Shown here in pieces: positions 1-12,480 of a stretch of DNA of 64,000 nucleotides (positions are counted from its first letter, which is position 1; each line of letters opens with the position of its first letter). Source of the DNA: Octopus vulgaris. Taxonomy: Eukaryota. A program made the translations under genes and the position numbers. The stretch lies in assembly GCA_951406725.2 (NCBI GenBank), contig OX597820.1:124868001-124932000 (forward strand). Direction: 5' to 3'. A model generated the notes under the pieces. It did not search any database and was not told the DNA's origin. It worked only from the letters and a program-made list of their open reading frames with translations.

Positions 1-2393
1 AACCATCATAATTGAATTCTCTGCCATCGATCCATAATGTAAGAATATAAGATCTTTAAAAATAATATTACTTCACGCAAATCGAATATAATTCGAATAT
101 ATAATACCACAGTATATTGCTAAAAAAAAAAAAAAAAAAACTTTCTTTGCAGGTCACCGTAATAATATGATTGCTATGCTGAATGAAATCGATTGTATAT
201 AAAATTTCACTATACTAAAATCTCGGTTAAATTACGCAAAATACAGGTAGCTTACTAACGTTTAGTTTTGTTGATAGAAGGGTATTATGTCTGTTAATTC
301 GTTGGTTTAGAAATGTTCGGTATCTAGATGAAAAGAGAATATATTCGGGTATCGTAGACTAGTACGGAAGGATTTTGTAGTTATTAAGTACACTCTCTCC
401 GTTTTTGTTTGTACCTTATAATTCTGAGACCATATTAACATTGAACGCAATAACCACACATTTACCGTAGTAAAGGAACGGACATACATAAAACTAAAAA
501 CACACACAAACTCTCATATACACACACGTGTACACACATATAATTAGTGTGTCTGTGAATTATTGAATGTGATATTAATACACACATTGAACCCCGATGA
601 AATTTTTTTTTAATACTGGTAACACTACCGGATTATCCCACTCCATATCCAGAAAATAAATCGATTTGACTTTATTCAAATTTTAGCAAACGTTTTAATT
701 GATCGTACAAAAAAGAGTTGGTGGCAAAGTATGTCTTTCATTATGGGGTTCAGATGCCTTCGATTATACATGATATAGGTGGCGCCAACCTATTTTTAAA
801 GCTAATACATTGCTTGAATATTTCACTCGAAACGCTTATCTGATTACTTCAATTATTTGCTTATCAACATATGCCAAAATTTCCATTGTCGGAAAGCAGA
901 TATCAAGAGAGACAGTTTTCGTCCACAGAAAGATCTATATATGTCAACCTTGTAACGTCTGCTTAAGGAGGTAAACATAGGGAGTATCTGCTTCAAGCCA
1001 CCCGGTTTTAAATAAGGTGTGTGAATATATAAAATATATTAATGAGTGCTGAAAAAGCTTAAACATATTAATTAGGCTAACCACTTCAGTGCTAATCAAA
1101 ATTAGTATCCTTTTATATCTGTGCTTTGATTAAGGACGGCTTGTCCGTAACAAATTTCAAAATGCTCCGTCAAATGAAAGTAGTTTTTTTTTAAATTTAA
1201 GGTTTCTTAGCATTAATTACTGTAAGATTGATATAAACTATTAGAAGTGTATGATTCATGAACCTAAATGCTTAGTACGGATTTTCAAGTTATAATCAAT
1301 GAGCAGGTATAATTATATTGATTTTATAATTACATCTATGGAAAAAGCTCGCAAAACGTTATATTTAGACGTGTGTGAGGAAAATCAGAATATGAATCAT
1401 TAAGACAATATTGGAATGTATATATTAAATTATATAATTTCAATGTTTTCGATAACATACCTTTTGCATCCTCACATCAATGGGAGAGTTACTAGTAAAA
1501 ACCGAATTTAAAATTTATACATTCAGTTACTTGAAATATATTGTCATGTAAGTCTAAAGGAAAGTGAATATATGAAAGATTGAATTTTTGCACAATGTAA
1601 AAAATATATATAACTGCCTGAACAACGGTGTTCGTGCATGGAATAGGTATATGTTGAACTCAGCTAAATGCGATGTCGAATATCAGTTGAAGGATAGGGA
1701 GGTATTCCTGTGTTTTGAAAGAATACATTTAGCGCGTTTCCAATTGCTGCTACATATTCTGCAACTACCGCACTTTCAGAGATGCATACTTTTCAATAAA
1801 TCACGCAAACTAATCGATCTTTGTAGCTGGAATATTTTCTCGAGATAATTAAGTAAAATTAAGCTATTAGTAAAATTAAGCTATTAGTTCTGCCGCTTCA
1901 TATCGTATGGACTTGAAAATAATTAAAAACAAATAAAAGTAGATTGAATACTTTTGTTAAAATAATATTATTATTTGAACAAGAATTTAATTATTTTTCA
2001 GTGGAAAATAAATCATTGTTATGATTTAAGGCAAGCGAACCATTTAATGTTAACACTAGTTATCCTCTGAGCGTTTATTTGACGTGTATTTTTCAAATAT
2101 TAGTTTTTTCCATTTTTTTTTTCATACAAAACGTTACTGATTGAGTGGTGGTTGGTAGAATACTAATCCAGAGCACAAAATGAGATCAGTCACACTATGA
2201 TTTTCTTGTTCATATTTTCCTGGCACTTCTAGGCATATAGTAACTTCCATCTTTATGGAATTATGTCTACTTTTATACAGAGACTTATGTGGACTACCAC
2301 AAAATAATATATGCGCGCGCACACAGGGAGAGAGACAGACACAACCACACTCATATATACATACGTATAAATTACACACACAAACACACACAG

Positions 2394-2452
<59 letters not shown>

Positions 2453-2618
2453 GGTACAAAACACGTGGATAATGTAACATAGGCACATATACGACATGTA
2501 TGTGTATGCATACCCATGCATTTAAACATATAATCGATTTGGAAAACTGAGAGATACACTCAGAGATATTGTGCGTGAGTGTGTCTATATACATACATAC
2601 ATGCACACATATATATAC

Positions 2619-2675
<57 letters not shown>

Positions 2676-2922
2676 TACATATATATACATGAATCTAACA
2701 TCCCATTAGTATCCTTAGTTAATTTAGTGACGTATATATTTTTGCCTTTCGGATGTAAAATTGTAAATAGGCCGCCCTTATATACATATATATGCGTGTG
2801 TGTGTGTGTCTGTGTGTGCATGTGTGCGTGTGTGTGTGTGTATGTATGTATATTATATATGGCATAGTCATTACGGACGTTCATTGTTATAATACCTTGC
2901 TTAGATAATCTGGAATTGTATA

Positions 2923-3327
2923 GGCGCAGGAGTGAATGGGTGGTAAGTAGCTTGCTTATGAACCACATGGTTCCGGATTCAGGTCTACTGTGTGATACCT
3001 TGGGCAAGTGTCTTCTATAATAGCCTCGAGCCGACCAAAGCCTTTTGAGTGAATTTGGTAGACGGAAACGGAAAAAAGTCCGTCGTATATATGTATATAT
3101 ATTTGTATGTATGTATGTAGGTCTATATATTTGTGTGTCTGTGTTTGTACCCCCAACATCGCTTGACAACCGATGCTGATGTATTTACGTCCCCGTAACA
3201 TAGCGGTTCGGCAAAAGAGACCGATAGAATAAGTACTAGGCTTACAAAAAATAAGTCCCTGGGTTGATTTGCTCGACTAAAGGCGGTGATCCAGCATGGC
3301 CGCAGTCAAATGACTGAAACAAGTAAA
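2923..3327 (+). mobile_element. tRNA-derived SINE (family A), near full length
   Basis: Head GGCGCAGGAGTG...TGGTAAGTAGCTTGCT...GGATTCAGGTC with degenerate A/B boxes, internal TA/TG tract, 3' end CCAGCATGGCCGCAGTCAAATGACTGAAACAAGTAAA. Colinear with the copies at 8194-10299 and 51124-51512. Confidence 0.9.
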
Positions 3328-3632
3328 GGGGTATTTACCTGCAATAGAATTCGTACCATGTTATTATTTATTATCAGCTTCGAAAGCAATTTCAATAGAA
3401 ATCACTTCAACCTTTCTGTGACTGTTTTCATGTCTATCCATCCTTCGTCTATCTATATACTAAACACTTATAGGACAGATTGGCATATCATATTAGGATA
3501 AATGCGGTACTACATTTAGTCTGACCAGGGCTAACGAGGTGAATAGTCACCGAACCACCTTGCTATTGTGTGAGGAATATTCAGACAATTTTTTTGTGTC
3601 CTATTGTTGAGACATTCGCATAAATATATATT

Positions 3633-3689
3633 GATTGATTGATTGATTCTAGTTTCATCTTATGAGCTGTGGCCATGCTGGGGCACCGC
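3633..3689 (-). mobile_element. 5'-truncated SINE 3' end with (AATC)n tail
   Basis: Minus strand reads GCGGTGCCCCAGCATGGCCACAG...GAAACTAGAATCAATCAATC, similar to the family A 3' end. Confidence 0.55.
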
Positions 3690-3832
3690 ATAATACTGGC
3701 AATGAGATGAGTCGTTGTATTGTGAAAAGAGAGAAAAATGTGTCTCACTTGGATGTACAATTATTATATTGACTCATTTTATGAATTCTTTCTCTTCACT
3801 TTTAAATTCGATAAGTAGTCTACAAGCTTTCA

Positions 3833-3863
<31 letters not shown>

Positions 3864-6800
3864 GGTTGTATATGAGTGTGCGTGCGTAAATGTGTGTGTG
3901 TCTATATAGAGTTTGTATCTTCTCTAAACGCAAATGTGACTAAAACATTCGGTCGCTTCATGTACCAAGTATTTCCGAGGCCGAAAGAAAATCCGATTAG
4001 GTGTTGCTCATCATTCTTCAGGCAGTTCCACTCCGCTCCACAATATCCTAGTCGAAAATAATGACTAGTCATTGTTCATTTCATCCTAATTTCAGCTGTA
4101 CAACTTCCTGTCTCTTCCAGACTCTATATCTGTTTGATATGCCTCACTTAATTTATTTCCTGGCATTGAAGCTTCTTATAAACAACATTCGTAACTTTCA
4201 TCAAACTAGTGAACAAAACCTACATATGACGTCTTCTTACAACAATCAATGTGAAATATTTTTTCCAATGTGATCGTATCCACTGCTAACATATGGATGG
4301 ATGGAGTAACTTGTACGATCAAATCTTATTAAGTATTAGTTTTGCTTTTATGTTATAGGCTGACGAAAAATGTGCGATGGAAATTGTGTAATAGTATAAG
4401 ACCTTATACGTATAGCATTTGAATTATTCAGATAATATTTGGTATCTCCTGATAATGAGATATTTTATTTGTTATTTACCAGATCTTAGAAATGTTTGTT
4501 CCACTTCTTGTTACTTGCGTTTAAAATGTGTCCCATCGTTATGAGATACACTGTATATATTTCGTTTTAAAGAAGCGGGGGGGGGGGACCGGAGTTATGT
4601 CATATATAAGCCATTACAGTATTTTGATTAGTACATATGATCCCTGTTCGAAAATGCACTCTTCTTTATTTAACCATTACTTTGAAAGATTATAGTATTG
4701 AATTCAATGCTTTCTGAACTTCTAATATGGATACTATTCAAGTGTTTCAGAACAACGATGTCCCGAAAATTGTCATCCATTCATAGAATCTTCTATAACT
4801 TCCCCGAAGTAACACGATTGAATAGGAAGCAGAATAATGACTGATCTTTGAATCCTGTATATTCTTTAAGAAAACAACTATAAAATGTGATTTGAGACAT
4901 TATCATTCAAAACCTTGGTGCTTCGGATTTATTCATTGTTACTGAAAGTCGACAAATATGTCCTTTCAAATACTTTGCAAACTGATAATGGAGGTATTTC
5001 TATAGTACACAATTTCTCAGAATTTCTGACCAATACAGAGTTCAACTGATCAAGTTCTATTAATAATTATGCTAAAAGAAGCAAACAAATTACGGATTGC
5101 TGTCCTTCATGGTGTGCTAGAAAGGCAATTATTTCTTTATCTTATATCATGCACTTGTGAGCTATACTCTCGCTGATTATAGGTTTCAAACGGCCGAATC
5201 ACTGGCTCACTCCATTATCAGAGTAACACCTGACACATCGTCCATTAAATGCTATATTTTATGAATTTTTTAAAGTTCCTCTTTCGAAATAAGGAGAACA
5301 AAAGCTTATGGAAAATGTTCATCTCTGAATTAAAAAAATTAATAATTTCAAGCAATTACGCACATCTCAGCTCCTATGCAGAATTCATATTGTACTTGTT
5401 TCCTTAGCATGTTAGTCCAACCATGAAATTAGCGATAATATTCTGAACAAAATTACTCTTCCCGTTCAGAGATTCGAACAAGTATTGCTAGTTATATTTT
5501 CTATTCCTTATAGTGACCACCAGTGAAATTTTAATCAAGTAATGATATATCACACGTGACATTAAGTTCGCTTAATGTTATAAAGAGCCCACGCATGAAT
5601 TTGCATGTGTGTGAGTGTGTGTTTATGTTTGTATTATGAATTTATTAGCTGAGGATGTCGAATGAAAAGTATTGGAGGAATTGGATAGCAGAGGCGGTGT
5701 GTATTCTACAAAGATTATTTTATCAGGTAAATTAAACAAAAAAGAGAGTCAAACAACCTAAAATACAGCTTTCTAAACTTGTCTTTTTCAGACAAGCAGC
5801 TTGCATTTTATTACCAAAGAGTAAATATAACTTGGTATACGGGCCATTAATGGCCTCGGTATCACTGGCCAAACGTGAAACGTGTACAGTGCGCTTGAAC
5901 TAGTTTTTGTAACACAACCAGCGAGGAAGTGAAGAATTGTATTCCGGGGGCAACTTCAGCTCACTCTCCTGGTTCGTGAACAACGCATACAAAATCATTT
6001 AAACTCAATAAAAATATTCGCCTTCTTTTATGACCTTTCGTATTGCCTTCACATACATATTACCATTTCTTAACTTTCATAATCCAGGGCTAAAACAAGA
6101 TCGTTCGCGTATATTCTATTGTTGACCTTCAACAAAAATTATTGTTACCTAAAATGGATTATTTATACTACTTCTGGGATATTGTTTCTATTACACTTAC
6201 GAACAACTTAGACATTAATCCAAAAGAAAAACCGCTACTTTTCTGCCAAATAGTAATACTGGAATCAGCGTCAGAGTCGCAGACGTACTCTTTTCGTCTG
6301 TATATTTACTTGAACGGTATTTCGTCGCGTGATCTATCAATAAGTTTATTTCCCTATGACCTTATAATTGATGGATGTTTTTCATACCATATCAATGAGA
6401 GAACTACTGAAAATTAACAAGCATACGATCATAGCTACCACACTAACCACTATGGCCTATTGTTCCACCAAAGTGTAATATAGCAAAGAATTAGATTTTC
6501 ACCAATATTGTATTTACATACGTTGACTGCAGATATTAAAGAGAGATATATAGTGAGAGATTGTTCTAATTACAACCTTACAACAATAAAAACATCGCAA
6601 CAGTTGAAGTATCAATGAAAGATATAACAACCACAATTAAATCGCTTTAATCACAAATTGGTGTAAAAAATTGCAACTTCAACGATACGGTAATCGATAA
6701 TAAAAGCGATATGATTTACGCTGGTTCAACCGACTATAAGCAATAGTCAAATACACATCTGGCAAAAACGAATAACCTTAAAACGACTATATTAAATAAA

Positions 6801-7100
6801 GCAGTAGCGGAGACCATTAATCTGAGAAAATAGACTACAGCAGAATGTGATAAACAACATTAATCGTTTAGGGCTCACCTTCGCCTACCAACAACAACAA
6901 AAGGAGGCAAAATATTATCGTAATAAGTTACACTGCTATTGACACCCTAAATTTGTCTATATTTGTGTTTACACTTATGTGTATTATGCATGCATACATT
7001 ATATATGTGCGTGTGCATTTTTATATATCGTTGACAACATAAGTGTGTATAAGATTTCGAGCGACGGGAAATAATTCCTTTTCGAAGAGTGGATCTTTAT

Positions 7101-7280
7101 GTTAGTTAGTTAGTTAGTTAATTTTTGGCTCAAAAAGCAAAAAGCAAGGCCATGTAGGGGGATATGGAGTTATGTACAGGGTGGTGTTCATGTAAAGAGT
7201 TCAGGCCACTTGTGGTCAAGGGAGACTTTGAACCGAGCGGTCGTCGGTATCTTCACCATCTTGTCCGGCAGCTTATTCCA
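7101..7280 (-). mobile_element. CR1-like LINE 3' fragment with (TAAC)n tail
   Basis: Minus translation WNKLPDKMVKIPTTARFKVSLDHKWPELFT* matches the CR1 ORF2 C-terminal WNxLP...FK..LD motif, followed by a short 3' UTR and (TAAC)n. Confidence 0.75.
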
Positions 7281-7282
7281 GC

Positions 7283-7318
7283 TTATTCTCAGTATTATGT
7301 ACATAATACTGAGAATAA
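7283..7318. repeat. perfect 36-bp palindrome at the CR1 5' junction
   Basis: TTATTCTCAGTATTATGT|ACATAATACTGAGAATAA, checked base by base. Confidence 0.95.
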
Positions 7319-8414
7319 TAGCATATAAATATTTAGATGAAAACCTTTTCTGTATAGAATAAGTCGAAGGTCGCCTTTATAGATATGTACTGGTTAATAG
7401 TATTGTTTGACAGTGAATCAATACCTTCAATATACAAGGCACATCTAATAAAATAAGAATAAGAATAAACGAAGTATCATAAGTGAAAACATTTTCCTAT
7501 ATAGAAATACAAAAACGTAATACCTGCACTAATCCAGAAAGAATATTCTGAACATAATTCCTCTTCTCTTAAATATAGAACTTCACGCGTCTGGTTTATT
7601 GCGTCCAACTATGGTCGCTTCAGAGGACAAAAATCCATCAAATGGAAATAACGTACAGACGAGTGGAATTCTAAGTCCTCCAAATGGGTGGCAAGATATC
7701 CTTATCTCTGGTTCTGAATAATCTACCCAGCTACTCACATGTACAGTATTACTATCTTGGTTATATGCACATGAAATTTTGCATGGAAATTAAGAAAGGT
7801 CATTGATACAATTTTCGTTGGAAAGCATCAAAATTATGAAGTTTGTGCTGTATATTTAAACATTCCTATATTGCCGCGTGTGTTCAAAATCGTGAATAAT
7901 CAAAGCAAAATTTGAAGTTATCAACTAACATGGCAAAAATTTCTTATATTTTTGTATATTTACTCATTGAGATTTGTCGAAAGCCTGAATTTTTCAGTTA
8001 AGGTCGTTCATATTTTGTTTAGATGCAACGGATTTCTGTATCACAGTAAATGAAAGAAACTCCCCACCAGACTTCATTTTCTTTAATTATAAACAGAAAG
8101 AAACACCATTCATATATCTGTAGATGTTTTGGGAGGGTCATTCTCTCTTTGTGCCTTATGACTTAACAGACTCGCCGGTTCGATTTCCACTCATTTACTC
8201 TTTACTCTTTTACTCTTTTACTTGTTTCAGTCATTTGACTGCGGCCATGATGGAGCACCGCCTTTAGTCGAGAAAATCGATCCCGGGACGTATTCTTTGT
8301 AAGCCCAGGACTTATTCTATCGGTCTCTTTTGCCGAACCGCTAAGTGACGGGGACGTAAACACACACCAGCATCTGTTGTCAAGCAATGCTAGGGGGACA
8401 AACACAGACACACA

Positions 8415-8458
<44 letters not shown>

Positions 8459-8601
8459 TACGACGGACTTCTTTCAGTTTCCGTCTACCAAATCAACTCA
8501 TAAGGCATTGGTCGGCTCGGGGCTATAGCAGAAGACACTTGCCCAAGATGCCACGCAGTGGGACTGATCCCAGAACCATGTGGTTGGTTAGCAAGCTACT
8601 T

Positions 8602-10260
8602 TATTTCAATAATTTGCCACTAGGGCAGCACACAGAGTAGCTACGGGCTGGACAAGGACATTAATGGATGATGGTGGTGGTGGATGAAGATGGTGATGGG
8701 AGAAGTCAGAAAGCGCCCGCCGACTTTTGCTTCTCTAAAACAATGTTCTTTTCTTTTTCAATAATTTACAAAATTTCAAAAATTACAAAAATTCAAAAAC
8801 TTTTCACAAAAATTTCAATTTACAATTTACACTTTTAAAAGTCTCTTCAGAGGCAATAAACCTCTGTCACAATGTAACACAATTACAATTACAATGCTAT
8901 ACGCACCGGGTCCTCTTTTTCTTCCGCAGCCTCCGGTTCCTTTGGTGGGTCGCTATTGCTCCCCACTTTTCTTTTTCTTCTGGAGAAGGATTTTTCCCCC
9001 TCCTCACTTTGTTTCTCTCCCTCCATTGGTGGGGCAGGGAGAGGCTCTGATGTTAACTTCTCCAGGATCCTACTCTGGTCCCTGGGGCAGTTTTTCTTAA
9101 TGTGGCCGGTCTCCGAACACAGGTGACACTTGGGGGGGGGCGTCCCTCAAGCATCACCGGATACTTAGACCCGGCCATCTTCAAGAAGTCCGGCAAAACC
9201 AGACTCTTGGCCGACTGGGTCCACAGAGTCAAAGTAGCCTTTGACCCTTCCCAGTCAGCCGCAGGCTGCATTCTCACGTTCAGGATCTTGGCGCTACCAC
9301 CACTCAGACCCCGGCGGATGGAATCTTCCACCCACTCGGGCTCAAAGCCGGGCGGCAGGCCGCAGACCCATAATCGTATCAATTTTTCCCCCTTATAGCG
9401 TGGGAGAAACAGAATCTCTTCGCCCTCAATGGGCTTACTCGCGAAATCGCAAGCTGCTTTAGGGGAGTCAAACAGCAACCAAATCGTTGCGTATTTGGCT
9501 CCCCGTTGAATGTATTTAACGGCTGGCATATAATCTGCCAGCTCGTTCATAATGGTGGCTTTCGGGAAAACCATTATGGTATCGAGCGACCTCGAATATG
9601 TCCTCAACACCACGGTTCTATCCTCGAGCTCCTTTAAGTACTTTTTGGGAGGTGTCAATTCCCACACAGTGAAATTCCTTGCCATAACGTAAGCAAAAAC
9701 AGTTCAAAATGTGATAAAACAAATTAGACACAGAAAGGAGAATGAAAAATGCAACAGAAGGGAAGAAATAAAATTAAAAATGGCAGTTCAAAAAAAGTTC
9801 TTTTTTTTTTTCAAATGAATGATAGACGGAGAAAGAGAGTTCAAATTCAGACAAAGGAATTAATTTTTCTTTTTTTTGTTTTCACTTTTTCGGCCAAAAA
9901 TTGTATTCCAGGCCAAATACACTGTTGGTAAAACACCTTGGTAAATAATCCTTGGTAAATCCCGTGGATAACACAACGACAATTTCAAAAGCAATTTTTG
10001 TAGACGGACTACGCCACCTCAAAAACACAATTTTCTTTACACTCGACAACAGGCAGAAAAATTATATCCGGAGCAAAGTGGAGCTTTATTATCTGCTAAA
10101 AAGTATTTAACGCTAAAAAACATTAATGCAAGTAATAAAACTTCACTTCGCTCGCAAAAATACAACACGCCTACCTGTAGTCGAGTCAAAAAGTTCAACA
10201 ATTCACGTTGAAACAACGTGACATCTGGAGCAGCAAAATAACACGTCTGAACAGTTCAGA
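8602..10260 (-). mobile_element. ORF1-only non-autonomous non-LTR retroelement (L1/Tx1-like, HAL1-like architecture)
   Basis: Exact 16-bp TSD; ~575-bp 5' UTR; one ORF with a CCHC knuckle; ~290-bp 3' UTR ending GCCCTAGTGGCAAATTATTGAAATA; no RT or endonuclease motifs seen. Confidence 0.75.
8889..9685 (-). CDS. Gag-like ORF1 protein with CCHC zinc knuckle (frameshift in the G9 run at 9132-9140)
   Basis: Track ORF 9053-9685 (210 aa). Shifting frame at the homopolymer gives ...LEGRPP-KCHLCSETGHIKKNCP...RRKRKVGSNSDPPKEPEAAEEKEDPVRIAL*, i.e. CX2CX4HX4C and ~265 aa in total. Confidence 0.75.
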
Positions 10261-11022
10261 GGTTAGCAAGCTACTTACCACACAGCCACTCCTGCACCTA
10301 TTTATTTACTTATTTTTTATAAAATTTTTTGTTGAGTCTGGCAACATTTTCAATAGTCGTTGACTCTGTCCGTTAACAGATGCAGCAACAATTTTAAAGA
10401 AAACAAATAATTAAATGAATGGAAATTGAATCGGTGAGGGTGTTAAGTAATAAGACATTAAAAGAGAATGACCCACCCCAAACTTAATAACATATGCTTC
10501 AATACACGAATTCACATACAGAATCTGGCAAACCAAGTACAAAAACGAAGTAATTATGCGCTTAATTATTTAAATAAATAAATATTTAATTAACTGTAGA
10601 CGCTTCTTACAATTGTGGGGCGGGAATATAACTGATTGACCACAGAGGCTCTATCTCCCAGTCCTTCGTAAGGCTACTATTTTCCTTATATCTATTTATC
10701 ATGTGTGCTTATTTGTATTTGTAAACATATGTGATGTCTGTGTACATAGATCCATCTGGGTAAGCGCGCACGCACACACACATACACACAAACACACACA
10801 TTATATTATATAGAAATCTGTTGATTCACCAGAAAACATATGTTATAGGACGTAATATAAATGAAGAATATTCTTCAATACAACTCAAAGTCTCCGATTT
10901 CATTTCGTATTTCCTAAAACTATTCAGACACTAGATATGTCAAGAGAAATCCAGGATCCTTCTAAGAGCTCAAGATCGGAAACGTAACTTTGAGTACTAG
11001 AGATCGGAGCCTTTCAGATATG

Positions 11023-11082
<60 letters not shown>

Positions 11083-11136
11083 GTAAATGCATGTGTGTAT
11101 GTGTGTATGCATGTATATATATATATATGTGTATAT

Positions 11137-11450
11137 ACAAGAAAAAAAACAACAAGAATGGATTAGTTGTTCAGTACAATTGTTTCATACGAAGAACAGC
11201 TATATTAAAACCTGCAAATATTGCAGCAAATACAAGTGTCCCGTATTCATCAGCAAAACACATATGAGTTTTCCAAACATCCAAGGGGGTGAGGCTACAC
11301 TCATGAATATTTGGAAAACTCATATGTGTTTTGGTTGATGAATACGGGACACTTGTATTTGCTGCAATATTTGCAGGTTTTAATAAAGCTGTTTTTCGTA
11401 TGAAACAATTGTACTGAACAAGTAATCCATTCTTGTTGCTTTTTTCTTGT
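11137..11450. repeat. long inverted repeat (~146-bp arms, ~20-bp spacer), probable inverted Penelope-like terminal repeats
   Basis: 11137-11283 is the reverse complement of 11304-11450 with only scattered substitutions; lies right after a TA/TG microsatellite. Confidence 0.9.
11168..11260 (-). ncRNA. putative minimal type I hammerhead ribozyme motif
   Basis: Minus strand: TGTTTTG-CTGATGA-ATACG...CGTAT-GAAAC-AATT-GTA-CTGAACA. Core CUGAUGA (11253-11247) and GAAAC (11186-11182), stem II ATACG/CGTAT, palindromic stem III ACAATTGT, GUA cleavage triplet, imperfect stem I. Confidence 0.6.
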
Positions 11451-12429
11451 TTATAATCACCCCACATTACTTTATGGTTAATACCATAAAGAATTCTGGT
11501 GCATCTAAATTAAGTACCGCATTCATCTGAATTCATTGGAACTCACTTGAATCTTAATTGTTTTTACTTAATATATGTGCATATAGGTAGATTGATAGAG
11601 AGAAGGAGAGAGAGTGGTAAGGGGGTCTTAGAGAAAAGTGTGAACACACAGGGATAGAGGGAACGATGCAGAGGGTGGCTTAACTAGATACATAAACTGA
11701 ATTCATATTCTCTTACTGTTCTATAATTTGCCATCATAAACTTCTTTTAATGTAAATTTTTTTCCAATTATTCTAAAAGTTTATCGACCACTGACGTTCT
11801 TTCTGCCTGCACGCCTTTACCGAATTTACAGTTATTCTATTCAGTTTTATTTTGTATTAATTCATTAATAGACTACTGTCTATCATACATAGTAGTTAAG
11901 CTTGTCTTAAGATATTTCGTTCAATATCAATGATTAAGACCAAATTTCACTCAGCAGACAAGTGGACATAGCGACGTTATTCAATACACTCTGTTTAATT
12001 AGAAGACGATTGTTGCAAACTTTAATCCTGCTGGTGTCGTAAAGCGGATTTACACAAAAGTAATAATGATATAGTGATGAATTATGTGCATAACAAAAAA
12101 AAAACAGACAACTACACACTAAGATACTCATACAGAAACACATACATACATAGTTATTCGCAAATCTACACACAAGTAAGAAATATACGGAAAAAAGCTA
12201 GCATTTCGGATGAAGTTGTTTAACACTCTAATCAGGCTGAACGAACTAAATATGTTTTGACCCGAAGAAGGACATAAACACACGTAGATAAAAATATACA
12301 TACATACATATATGTATACATATCTAATCAGACACAGAATGTGCGTCGTTAGCCAGCTGAGAGACGTTTCTCGAAGGCTATAAACGTCAGTAGCACTGTC
12401 TTGTATAAGATGCGGCACTCCGTTGACAG

Positions 12430-12475
<46 letters not shown>

Positions 12476-12480
<5 letters not shown>

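Larger units (their letters stand above)
8194..10299 (-). mobile_element. tRNA-derived SINE (family A) interrupted by a 1.66-kb insertion
   Basis: Body and tail at 8194-8601 and head at 10261-10299 rejoin into a family A SINE, with GGTTAGCAAGCTACTT duplicated at 8586-8601 and 10261-10276. Confidence 0.92.
8126..10483. mobile_element. MITE-like element (~72-bp imperfect TIRs) split by a SINE insertion
   Basis: 8126-8197 (GTTTTGGGAGGGTCATTCTC...TTTCCACTCATTTA) matches the reverse complement of 10412-10483. Removing the SINE leaves a short non-coding TIR element. Confidence 0.7.

Noticed and set aside
1852-1887. 17-bp tandem duplication AGTAAAATTAAGCTATT
   Set aside because: Ordinary local slippage duplication.
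3950-5000. Faint minus-strand LINE-like remnants (also 28480-28960 and 58560-59260)
   Set aside because: Motifs too decayed to assign by eye; needs RepeatMasker or tBLASTn.
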